Assembly: GCF_000372725.1 (NCBI RefSeq)
Contig: NW_005201318.1
Location: 102,342 to 166,341 of the forward strand
Source of the DNA: Emiliania huxleyi CCMP1516
Lineage: Eukaryota
Reading direction: 5' to 3'
DNA: 64,000 nucleotides
The notes below the pieces were generated by a model. The model ran no database searches. It was not told the DNA's origin and saw only the letters and a program-made list of their open reading frames with translations. Both the position numbers and the translations under genes were made by a program. Shown here in pieces: positions 34,875 to 46,894 of the stretch. How positions within the stretch are numbered: the stretch's first letter is position 1; each line of letters begins with the position of its first letter.

Positions 34875-35170
34875 GGAAAAGAAAACCGATGCTTCGTCGT
34901 CCTGCAGTCGACCCGTGCTCCACGCACACATGGGCAAAAAGCCCAAAGACAGACACCGGCGCGAGACCCAGAGGGAGGCGGAGCTGGCGCTCGAGCGGGA
35001 GCGCGATTTGAAGCGCGCGGCGAGGCGCCAAAAAGCCGAGGCCAAGCTCGCGGCGGCGGGGCTGGCAGTGGGCGGGCCTTCGGCGTCGACGGCCAGCCCG
35101 TCAATGGAGGTGGAGGGGCCGGCAAACCCATCGCTCGAGCCCACTCTGAGGAAGAAGGGCACTTCGAAGC
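34875..35170 (+). pseudogene. Duplicated 5' part of the small basic-protein gene at 49270, fused in frame to unrelated sequence
   Basis: MGKKPKD...RKKGTSK is identical at protein level to 49270-49510 and diverges after ggcacttcgaagc. Confidence 0.85.
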
Positions 35171-36822
35171 TGGAGGGCGGATCGCCGCCAAAAAAGGGCG
35201 CCAACGAGCTGGAGGCGTTTGATTTTTCTCTTTGCGACATCTCGCGTTCACTCTCGGCACGATCGTTCCCGTTTGCGACTCGACCTCCTCGTCGCCTTCA
35301 CCACAAGCCAGGTTGTCCTCCAGCTTGTGCCCGCCCGCGGCGCGGCGAGCCTCTCTGCTCCAGACACGGACTCTCGCCCTGGCCGCGCGCCGCCCTTTCG
35401 CCTCGCGAGACAGCGCATGTCAGCCGGAGCTCTCCGCCCGACTCTGCGCGCCACCGCCTCCTCCCCTCCACCCACACTGCGCCGCCTGCGGCTTGGGCGC
35501 GTCGCTCGAGTGCCCTCACTGCCTGTCCCTCTCCGCTCGCAGGTGCGGCCACCGCCGGTCGAGCACGTGGCCAGCATCTCTGCGCGCCACCGCGCCCGCG
35601 CCGCGCCCTGCCGCGCCACGCCTGTGCCAGGGCTCCGGGCCTGCGCCGCCCGCTCCGCGCTGGATTTGCCCATGCGCGCTGAGCGCCGTCCGCCGGCCGC
35701 CGCCGCATCCTCGATTTCTCCCCCCGCTCACCGGGCTGCCTCCGTCCGATCAGGTGCCGAGTCTGAGGTGCGCCTCGCTGCCGTCACGTTGCTTCACCTC
35801 CATCTAGGCGACCCTCTGGCCCTCGTCCGAGCCCACCCCTTCCCGCTGGCCAGCGAAAAGCGACTCCCGAACGCATGCCACCCACAGGTGCGTTCTGGCT
35901 GCTCGTGAGCGGCCGCGCCCCCTAGTCCATACGCATCTCCCCGACGCACAAACGCCACACAGCATACGCCCCGCCACAAAAACACACATCCCCGGCGCAA
36001 AGTGCGGGCGGCGTCATCGGCGGCGCGCGCAGTACTTCGGTCTTCCTGGCTGCGCTCGTCTTCCCACTACGTAACGTCGACGACTCTGTGCGCGGCACCA
36101 GCACTTTGGTCTCGGCTGCACGGTGCGCGGCTCGATCCTGGCCTTCAACCACCCCGCCAAGGTCCCCCCCCCCCCCCCTTCCCGCCTGCCTCGAGCCTCC
36201 TCCTCACGCTCGCCGTGTCGCCATCTCCGGCATGCCAGCAGCCCACTTACCCTCGCCTCCTCGTCGCTGCCGCTTCTCAGTCCGGGGAGGTGGTGGCCTG
36301 GCGACCCGACGACGACCTGTAAGGGCAACCACTCCGACGGCTCGTTGCAGGCGACCACCGAGTGCTACACAGACACCGCGGACGAGAGCTCGGTGCGCCG
36401 CTGCCTTGCCGCCCCGCGTGGGTGCATCTCACCCCAAGCACCAGATGACGCACTTGACCCCGGACGGCAGGGCGTTCGCGCTGTCACTGTCACGCCTCGG
36501 CCCGTCCTCGACATCGACGACGTGGAAGCATCGACCCGACCGCCGTCATCGCCGCTCCCGTCGACCCGACGTTCGGCCCGGCCATCTTTGCGCGAGTACG
36601 CCTACGCGGCGCTCCTCGGGCTCGTCCGCATCGAGGGAACTCTCATGAAGGGCGGCGGGCCGTGTGCAGGTGCCCGGCCCTCCTCCCCACCCCCTTCCTC
36701 TCCCCTGAGGTCGTCTCCAACCCCCCACCCCCCACCACCACCGCCCCACCCCCCCCTTCCCGCCTGCCTCGACCCCCCTCCTCGACCCCCCTCCTCGCGC
36801 TCGCGCAGGCCCGCGTCGCCAT

Positions 36823-37340
36823 NNNNNNNNNNNNNNNNNNNNNNNNNNNNNNNNNNNNNNNNNNNNNNNNNNNNNNNNNNNNNNNNNNNNNNNNNNNNNN
36901 NNNNNNNNNNNNNNNNNNNNNNNNNNNNNNNNNNNNNNNNNNNNNNNNNNNNNNNNNNNNNNNNNNNNNNNNNNNNNNNNNNNNNNNNNNNNNNNNNNNN
37001 NNNNNNNNNNNNNNNNNNNNNNNNNNNNNNNNNNNNNNNNNNNNNNNNNNNNNNNNNNNNNNNNNNNNNNNNNNNNNNNNNNNNNNNNNNNNNNNNNNNN
37101 NNNNNNNNNNNNNNNNNNNNNNNNNNNNNNNNNNNNNNNNNNNNNNNNNNNNNNNNNNNNNNNNNNNNNNNNNNNNNNNNNNNNNNNNNNNNNNNNNNNN
37201 NNNNNNNNNNNNNNNNNNNNNNNNNNNNNNNNNNNNNNNNNNNNNNNNNNNNNNNNNNNNNNNNNNNNNNNNNNNNNNNNNNNNNNNNNNNNNNNNNNNN
37301 NNNNNNNNNNNNNNNNNNNNNNNNNNNNNNNNNNNNNNNN
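36823..37340. other. Assembly gap
   Basis: Run of N. Confidence 0.99.
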
Positions 37341-37671
37341 GGGGGTTACCAGGGGGGATTAGTATCCAAAACTCTCCGGCCCCCCCCTCTTTGAATACCC
37401 ACAGAAATAACCGGCGCGGCCTCCCTCGGCCTGGCCGGAAGGGGCTCTCTTTTTGTTTGGCCCTGGTCGCCTGCAACACTCGCCCGACATGAACTTTAGC
37501 CCGCTCCCTCGTGACGCCGCCCTCCGCAGGCTCAACGTCCGAGCTTTGTCCCCCGTCACTCTCCTCTCATTTCAGACCCCACACATGCGCATAGCTGTTC
37601 GCGCTTCCGACCAATGCAGGCGCCTTGCCTCACCCCTCTCACGGGCGGCCCCCATTCTCTCTGCTCTGCAG

Positions 37672-40600
37672 GACGCGCGCCGAGAGGCGCTACATGGTCG
37701 ACTTCAATGAGAGCGAGGGCGAGTCGGCTTTCTTGGTTGTGAGATCAACAAAGGGCGTCTGGTTCGACAACCCCCACGTGTTCCATCGGAGCCTCGCAAA
37801 GGTGCCAATCAGCTTTTGTTTCGCGGAGGGGGCCCAGGTTCAGACCGAGCTCGGGCCAACGGCTTCCGTCAAGGTCGGTGGCTACTTCGCTTCCAGTGCG
37901 GAGTATGAGGAGTGGTATCAGCGCCGCCGCGCGAGCCTGACGCTGCCGCCTTCGCTCGGAGCTGAGGCGCGCACTTTTACGCCAGGATCGGCATTGTCCC
38001 TGCGGTGTCCCCGTCTCCAAACATTTACGTTTCTCCCTCGCGCAGGCGTGCGGCGTCAACAACGACGTCGTCGTGAAGGAGGAGGCCGCCGCCGAGGAGG
38101 CCGCCTCCGAGGAGGCCGTCGTCGCCGAGGAGTCCGCCACCGAGGAGGCGACCATCAAGTCCGCCGCCGGCGAGGTGTCCGCCGCCGCGGAGGAGTCCGC
38201 CGCCACCAAGTCCGCCGCCGCCGAGTCTGCCACCGAGGAGGCGACCACCGAGGAGGCGACCACCGAGGAGGCGACCACCAAGTCCGCCGCCGCCGAGGTG
38301 TCCGTCGTCGTAGAGGCAGTCGCCGAGGAGGCGCCCGTCACCGAGGAGGCCGTCGCCGAGGAGGCTGCCAAGGAGGTCGAGAAGCCGGCCAAGACCGTTT
38401 CCAACACGCCCGACCCAGCGGTGAGCGCGCCGCAGCATTCTCTCCTGGCACTCCTCGCTCTCCCACCGGTAACAATCTCCCTCCGGTGTGCCCCTATCGC
38501 GCTTGCAGGACACCACCTGCTACCCGGGCCTGCCCACGCCGAAGGCGGCGGAGAAGAGCGGGCCCGCGTCGGCCCGCAGCGGCTCCGGACCGGGCTACGT
38601 GGACGGCGTCGAAGCCGAAGTCCGCCGGCTGGGCGAGAGCGTCGTCTACCAGGCTACGCCCGCCGACGGCAAGAAGTCGCCGTCGCCGGGAGTCCCCACC
38701 TCCGGCGGCATTGCGCCCGTGGCGCCCAAGCCCCTTGGCGCGGTCGCGGGCGCGGGGCAGGCTGAGGCCGAGGCCGCCAAGGAGCGCGAGCACTGGGAGG
38801 GGCGGCTCAAGAAGGCGAAGGCCGCGCTCGATCTCATTGCCGAGCAACGGGAGAAGTGGGCGGACTTGCAGTCGCGGCGCTCGGGGAAGTGCCGGCGCAA
38901 GGCCATGCGCTGCCGCAACAACCCCAAGTTTGGCAAGGCAAAGGGCAGGCGCAAGTCTGGCAAGGCAAAGGGCAGGCGCAAGTCTGGCAAGGCAAAGGGC
39001 CGCGGCCGCGGCTCGCACCGGCGACCGAAGCCGCGCGGCGGGCCGCAGACGCCGCCTTGCAAGTCGCCGGACCGGCGCCGCGAGCCGCAGACCACGTCCG
39101 GCAAGGGGCCATTCGCCTCTGGCACGTGCGGCGCCGGCGCTGGCACATGCGGCGCCGGCGGTCGCGCCGGACTCAAGGCGGCGGCCGACTGCGTACGGGG
39201 CGGCTACACGAAGGCCGCGGGCGCCTTCCGGTGGCTGCTCCTCGTCTGCATCCCCGCCTTGGGCCACTGCGCGCCCGCCGTGCCTAGCCCGACGGCGGTG
39301 GCCTCGGCCTTCTCGTCTGCCGTCGCCTCGGCAGCCTCCGTCGCTTCGGAGGCGTCCTCTACCTTCTCATCCGGCGTCGCCTCGGCGGCGTCCTCGGCCT
39401 TCTCGCCCGCCGTCGCCTCGAAGGCGTCCTGCTCGCCGTTTCTCATGCCCGCCCTCGTGCTCATCCTACTCGCCATCGCCTGCGGCGCCTCCTGCCCGAC
39501 CGCGGCGAGCGGAAAGGGGGCTCGGCGCGGCGTGGGCCACCTGCCTCGCCGCCGCCACGGCGTGCCTCCCCAGCGCGGCGGCGTGCCTCCCCAGCGCGGC
39601 GGCGGCGCCTGCCGGCTGAGCAAGAGTGGCGGCTTGGTGGCCTTCCTGCTGCTGCTCTCCGCCCTCCCCGTGGCTCGGGCTGGGTCGGGCGAGGCTGGGT
39701 CTAGCGAGCTCTCGCCTCCTCCGCCGTTGCCGCCGCCCTCTCCGCCGCCCTCGCCGCCGCCGCCGCCGTCGCCTCTATCTCCGCCTCCGCCGCCTTCCTT
39801 GCCGCCACCGCTGTCGTGTACATTTGTCCTCACCGCGACGCTGACGGCTAGTAGCATCCTGCAGCTCTCCGAGCTACGGTTCTTCGAGGGGCCCACGCAG
39901 CTCGTCGTCGCGACGATCAGTGTCCCCGGTGGCAGCAGCCCTGCCAATGAGGAGATCTCCAACCTCGTCGACGGCCTCTTAAGTACAAAGTGGCTCGACT
40001 TCCGGACCTCGGGCAGCCGTACGATCATCTTCACCATCGCCGGCGCACCCTTCATCACCGGCTACCAGCTGTACACCGCCAACGACGCCAACGGACGAGA
40101 TCCGACGTCGTGGGCGCTCACCTGTGATGATGGGACGGCGGACAGTGTCTCCTCCTACTCGCCGCCGACCGCCAGGTTCACCTCATACGGGCTTGCGGCT
40201 TTCCGCAGCTTGCCACCGCCCCCGTTCCCGCCACCGCCTCCGCCATCTTCTTGCGCCATGGCGCTGGACCTCTCCACTCAAACCTCTCCGCTGTCATCGA
40301 GCACCGTCGGCGCTCCCAACACGCATGCCGCATCCTGCGGCGGCTCCGGCAATGAGAAGATCTTCTACGTCGAGGTGCCGGCAGGAGGCGAGCTCACGAT
40401 CAGAATGACGAACAACTCGTACGACTCGAGACACGAGACGCGTTGGGGCGGGAGCTGCCCAGGCGACAATTCCGTCGCATGTACCGACGACCCAGACACC
40501 TTGCAGCACTCGTGGATCAACACTCAGGATTCGACTCAGAGGGCGTACTTCATCGTGGACGCGTACTCGTCCGGCAGCGGCGACTTTGTACTCGCGTGGA

Positions 40601-40686
40601 ATGTCACGCCTTTGCCGCTTCCGCCGCCTCTGTCCCCGCCCCTGCCCCCGCCGCCTCTGTCCCCGCCTTTGTCCCCGCCTTTGTCT

Positions 40687-40717
<31 letters not shown>

Positions 40718-43700
40718 TGTTGCCACCCTTCCTTTCGCCGCCACCCTCTCCGCCGCCGCCCTCTCCGCCGTCGCCGTCACCACCGCCGCCACCGTCACCA
40801 CCGCCGCCGCCGTTCCCGCCTCCGTCCCCGCCTCTGTCACCGCCCTTGTCCCCGCCGCCGCCGCCGTCGCCGCCGCCGCCGTCATCGCCGCCGTTTCTGC
40901 CGCCGCCGCCCTCTCCGCCGCCGCCCTCTCCGTCTCCGCCGCTTTCGTCGCCTCCGCCCTCACCGGCGCACCCGCCCAAACCTCCGCCGCCGCCACCGTC
41001 ATCGCCGCCTCCGCCCTCTACGCCGCCGTCCTTGCCGCCTCCGCCCTACGCGCCCCCGCCGTCCCCGCCGCCACCGCCGCTGCCGCCTCTGTCGCCGCCC
41101 CCGCCTCTGCCACCGTCATCGCCGCCTCCGCCCTCTACGCCGCCGTCCGTCCCGCCTCCGCCCACCGCGCCGCCGCCGACCCCGCCGCCTCCGCCGCTGC
41201 CGCCTCTGTCACCGACCCCGCCTCTGCCGCCGCTCTTCCCCGGCTTTGTCGCCGCGGAGAGCGAGGCTAAGCTCGGCTCCCTGATCACGGAGGCTGCTAT
41301 TTTGCAAGCCGACGTCTCAATCTACCTGCCTCCCAGTGCGGACTTCAAGCTGGGTAACTATATCTACTGCAGTTCCAACATCAAGGTGACCGTCGCGAGC
41401 AGCGGCGAGGGCGCGACGCTCGACGGCCAGGAACAGACCGGGCTCTTCTACCTCCAGGGCGGCTGCAGCCTCACGCTGCGGGGGCTGACCCTCGTCAACG
41501 GGAGGGCGGAGTACGGCGGCGTTGTGGACGCGAACGGCGCAGGCGACGTCGAGATCATCGATTCGACAATTAGGGACTGCAGGGCTGACAATGTGCGCCG
41601 CTTAGAGCTACCACCGCCCTGCAGCGCCACACGGCAGCGAGGCGAGAGATGGAAAGGGACACGGCTGGCCTCACCCCGCTCTCTCCTCGCAACTGCAGTT
41701 CGGCGGCGTTGTCTACGTGTACAACAGCGGTGCGGTCTCGATAAGCGGCTCGGCCGTGACCGGCTGCTCTGCTGAGCGGGTGCGCCGCGTAGAGCTAGTC
41801 GCCTCCAGCAGCGCCACACGGCAGCGGGGCGAGAGAGAGGGACACGGCTGCCCCACCCCGCTCTCTCCTCGCAACTGCAGGATGGCGGCGTCGTCTGCAC
41901 GCAGAACAGCGGTGCGGTCTCGATAATCGGCTCGAACCTGACTGACTGCTCCGCTGGCAATGTGCGCCGCGTAGAGCTAGCCGCCTCCAGCAGCGACGCA
42001 CGGCAGCGGGGCGAGAGATGGAGAGGGTCGCAGCTGCCTCACCCCGCTCTCTCCTCGCAACCGCAGAACGGCGGCGTCGTCTATGCGAGAGATAACAGCG
42101 ATTCCCCAGTCATCACGGGTGTCGACTTCATCAACAACAGAGCGGACGGGTCAGGCTCGGTGCTGTACCTGCAAAACCAACCCTCCGAACAAAGAACCTC
42201 GATCAGCGACGCCTCCTTCACCGGCAACGACGGTGTCACGATACAGACCATCAACTCGCCGATAGATTGGGACTGCCGCTTGGGCAGCTGGATGCCACGC
42301 CAGGGCGCTTTCGAGGGCGATTTCAGCGCCCCCGAGTGCAACCTTTGCTCCGCTGGCTACTACGGGAACACGATCGGCCTCACCGACAGCTCCTGCGAAG
42401 GTGCGTGTCACAAAGGCTACTTTTGTCCCGCGGGCACAGCGGAACCGCTCCCGTGTGCACCGGGCTTCTACATGCCCGTGACGGGCGCAGCCAGTGCCGA
42501 GTCGTGCCTCCCTTGCTCTCCGGGGACGAGCCAGTCCACAGCCGGCGCGGTACAATCCTGCGACCCGTGTCCTCCCGGCACGTTTGCCGATCAGCTCAAC
42601 GCCACCGGCTGCACCGACTGCCCCGCGGGAAGCTTCTGCCCCAGTGCAGGCACCGTGCAGCCCCTCGACTGTGCCGCAGGGGAGTACCAGAACCTCACCG
42701 GCCAGGCTGCGTGCGTGCAGTGCCCTGCTGGCGAGTTCCAGCCGGAGCGCGGGCAGACGTCGTGCGATTTGTGTGCCGCGGGTGGGTACTGCGAAGTCAC
42801 TGACGACTGTGGCGGCGGCTTCACGCCCTGCCCTGCGGGGAGCTACAACGATAAGACGGGCAGCAGCTCACCCGACGCCTGTCAGCAGTGCCCCCCTGGT
42901 ACCTTTAGCCCGACCTCAGGAGCTAACAGCAGCGACACGTGCAAAAGCTGCCGCTCCGGCACCTTTGCTGCCGGCTCGCGCAACGCCGAGTGCGAGCCGT
43001 GTAAGGCGGGATCCTACCAGAATGCCACCGGCGCTGCCGGCTGCGTCCGGTGCGGGCTTGGCAGCTTCTGCCCGGTCGGCGCGTCGCTCGAGCTGCCCGC
43101 GGCGTGCGAGCCGGGTACATACGCCGACGTCACGGACAGCGACGGCTTGCCCGACTGCTTCGACTGCCCGGCGGGCTCGTCGTGCGGCGGCGGGGCTGCG
43201 CCGCCGGCGGAGTGCTCGCCGGGCTCCGTTGCCGCCACGCCTGGCCTCGCCAAGTGCGAGCGGTGTGAGCCTGGCACATCTTCCGGCGCCGGCAGCGAGT
43301 CGTGCAGCGAGTGCGCTGCAGGCACTTACGCCGCCAACCCCGGCCAGGGCCAGTGCGTCCCTTGCCCCCACCCCCTCAGTAGTGAGCGCGGCGCCGTCAT
43401 CTGCTCCGTCTGCCAGAAGGACTTCTACCTGCTCCAGAGCGCCGACCCGTCCGACATCTTTTCCTCCCCGACCGACTACTGCAAGCCATGCCCGCCAAAC
43501 GCCGAGTGCTCGGACGACACCACTCTCGCGACCATCGGCGTCCGAACCGGCTACTGGCGCGCCAGCCCCTCCTCCGCCGTGCTGACGGAGTGCCGCGACT
43601 TCGGGGGCGACAGGGCCGGCGAGGCGCGGTGCTCCGGCAGCGAGCGCGGAGCAAAACCGGCTTCTCGCCTTTTGGGGGAGGCGGGCTCGGACGAGTACTG

Positions 43701-46700
43701 CGCGCCTGGCTTCAAAGGCCCCGAGTGCCAGCTCTGCGCCGCGGAGAATCACTACCTCGCCGACGGCGACGAGTGCAAAGAGTGCGCAGCGCGCGGCGCC
43801 GCTGCGGGTCGCATCGCCGGCCTCGTCCTCGGCCTCTGCGTCGCGTGCGGCCTGGCGGCGTGGGCCTTCAGCATGACGGACTGGCGGGAGAAGCGATACA
43901 TCGGCCCAATCCTTCGCTTTGCAGACCGCTCCGTCAAGTACTACGTCGGGGGCGGAATGACGGCCAAGGTCAAGATCCTGTTTGGCTTCTACCAGATCAG
44001 CACCGTGTTGTCCTCCACCTACTCGGCGCGGCTGCCGGACAAGTACACGGGCTGGACCGACAAGCTGGCCAGCGCGATCTCCATCGACTGGTCGGGCTTC
44101 TTCTTGCCGGAGCAGTGCCTCGGCTATGGTATGCGACTCCTCGTCAGCGCTCTCTCCCCCGTCGCCCTCATCGCACTGCTCATGGGAACGGGAATCGCGC
44201 TGCGGCTCCGCCGCTGGCGTGCCGCGCCGCCACCGCGCCCAACGGAAGCATCGGGATCGGGACCGGGAGCCGACACCGGACTCGTGGAGGCATCGATGTC
44301 GATGTTTGAGGAATCGACGACGTCGGTGATGTCGGCGGTGTCGGCGATCGCTGAAGCGATAAACACAGACGAGTCAACGGTATCTGCATCGCATGCGAGG
44401 CCGTGGTACGCAGAGGCGGCCCTCGGCCTCCTCGACCTCATGCCCGCCGGCTTGGTGCTCATCTTCTGCTTCGTGCCCTCCATCAGCGCCTCCATCTTCC
44501 GCGCGTGGTCGTGTCAGGCGCCTCCAGCCGATGACTGCCGTTGCTCACGCCACCCCTCAGACCCCACCCTCAGGCAACGTGCTGCTGCTAGGCCTACACC
44601 ATCTCTCCGCCGAACGAGCCCCTGGAGCAGGTCTCCTACATGCGGCAGGACGCGAGCGTCGAGTGCGGCACCGAGGATCACGAGTCCATCACCGACCTCG
44701 CCATCGGCTTCATCGTCGTCTGGCCGGTCGGCTCGATGGTCCTCTTCACGTCGCTCCTCGCCGCCTGCTACAAGCCGCTGCAGGCCAAGTCGCCGAATGC
44801 TCTGACGCGGGCCACCGCCTTCCTCCACCGGGAGTACGAGAAGACCTGGTACTGGTGGGAGGCGGTCGAGCTGGCGCGCAAGCTCGTGCTCACGGGTTTC
44901 GTGCTGCTGATCCCGGAGAAGAACGCATTCCTTCGCCTCGTGGTGGCGACCCTGATCTGCTCGTGCTACGCCGTCGTGCTTGCCGTCGTGCGGCCGTACA
45001 AGCGGGTCGAGGACGACGTGCTAGCCGTCGCCACGAGCCTCGTGCTCCTCCTCCTCTTCCTCGGCACCAACTGGACCACCATCTTCCTCGGCATCGAGGA
45101 GCGGTACCAGGGAGCCGACCCCGCCGATGTCCTCGGCTTCGGAAAGCTCAATGTGATCGTGGACACGATGATCGTGCTCGTTGCTGTTGCGCTCGTCTTC
45201 TTCTTAATCGGCGCCGTCGTCGCCGCCCGCCGCGTCGCCGAGGTCCCCACGATCCGTCTCGTCTCGACCAAGCAGCCCCCCGAGCTGAGCATCGGGACCG
45301 GCATCACGTGGCACCTGTTCCTCTCGCACATCTGGTGCGTCACGCAGCTAGGGAGGATGATCAAGCCAGGCCGCATCCAACTCCACCCCCCTAATCATGC
45401 AGGTCGACCGGTCAAGACGCCGTCGGAAACATCAAGAGCGAGCTCCAGCTGCTGGTGCCGGGCCTCAAGATCTTTCTCGACGCGCGCACAGGCTCAGCCG
45501 CGCTGCTTTAGCTACACACAGCCCTTCTGACGCACCGCGGAGTGCGCACAGGTGGATGATCTAAAGGATATTGGGTCGCTGGAGGAGTACATCCAGCGCA
45601 CGCAAATGATCCTCTTCTTCCTCTCGTGTGGCTACTTCCGCTCCAAGGCGCGCTCTCGCCGCCCTGTCCCGCGCTCGGGATCCTCTGGCTCTCATCGCAC
45701 CCGAGTCTGCTGCGCCCCTCGACACTCCCCACGGCTCACCGCCCGCCTGCTTGCGTGCCACCAGAACTGCCTCCGCGAGATCCGCTCATCGCTCGAGATG
45801 GACAAGCCGATCGTCCTCGTCCAAGAGGCGGACCCTGCAAAGGGCGGCGCGACGTTGCAGGCGCTGCGCGGCGAATGCCCCGAGGACCTGCAGCCGGACA
45901 TCTTTGAAAAGGGCTGGACGCACACCATCTACATGCGAATTGAGGAGTTTCAGCGCGTCTCTCTCAAGACCATCGTCGAGGCGCAGCGGGGCACAGAGCC
46001 AGCCGCAGTCCTCTCTCCCCTCCCAAGACCTCAGCCCCGGCACTCTTGAACCGCAGGCGGTGCTCCTCTGCTCGCCCGCCTATCTGAACCAGACCTCCCT
46101 CCCGCTCTGCGTGCCGGGCGAGCCCGAGAGCCAGTCGCTCGCCTTTGCCAAGGAGACCATGCTCTGGGCCTCACCGGCCAACGCGGGCGCACAGGTCTTG
46201 GCTGAAGAGATTGCCGGCGCCGTTGCCGGTCTCACCGTCTCCACCGCCGAGGCGCCCGAGCCAGCGGCCCACATGCTGCTCTACCTCAACGAGGACAGCT
46301 TCAGCGACGAGCGGCTGGCCGAGCAGGTCAAGCAGGCGCGCAAAGACAAGCGCAAGATCGTCATGGCGCACGAGAACGACCCGGACCGCGGTGGCTGCCT
46401 CTTCTCGAAGTTTTTCGAAGTCACGCCGCAGGAGCGGGCCGAGGGGTTGGTCATGATGCTCTCAATCTCAGGCGCTTAATCTCCCCTCACCCGCATACCC
46501 TCCCTTGCAGGAGCTCATCGCCGACGGACTCTACAAGACCCTGGCACGCTCGTGCTTCCCGGGGCGCCACCACCCGGCGCGCGCTTTGTCTCTCCCACAT
46601 CTCGCTTCGCGCACCGGCGGGACTCACCAGCCAGGGCGTTTCGTTCCGCAGGTGTCGCTCGCGCTTCTGGCAAAGGACCTCGGCGCGACTCCCGCTCGGT

Positions 46701-46894
46701 CGGGCAGCGTCGCCAGCATGAGCCGCCTCTCGGCCAGCATCGCCAAGCGTGGCAGCCGGCGCGTTCCCACGATCAGCCGCCGCAGCTCTGCGACGACAAC
46801 CACCGCGGGCGACGGCTCTGGAGGCGAGGCGACGGTCTCGGTGGACTCGGAGGAGTCCGCGGTCTCGGCGGAGGCGGCGCAGGAGCATGTCTAA
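37672..46894 (+). CDS. Giant modular membrane receptor: discoidin-like domain, Pro-rich stalks, beta-helix repeats, Cys-rich GCC2/ephrin-receptor-like repeats, about 9 TM helices, TIR domain plus second TIR-like unit; 5' end unresolved
   Basis: LQLSELRFF...NLVDGLLSTKWLDF...YTANDANGRDPTSW; GGVV repeats; many C.PC.PG.(Y/F) repeats; TM block with FLHREY...WYWWEAVELARK and RPYK. Spliced TIR: HLFLSHIWSTGQD...IFLDVDDL...LFFLSCGYFRSKNCLREI...KPIVLV. Stop TAA at 46892-46894. Confidence 0.85.

Noticed and set aside
36600..36660. GLVRIEGTLMKGG as a ubiquitin-like C-terminus
   Set aside because: Only the GG ending matches; upstream sequence does not support a beta-grasp fold.
37625..39619. 664-aa Arg-rich ORF
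   Set aside because: Only its first exon-like part looks coding; the rest is an off-frame reading of receptor exons.
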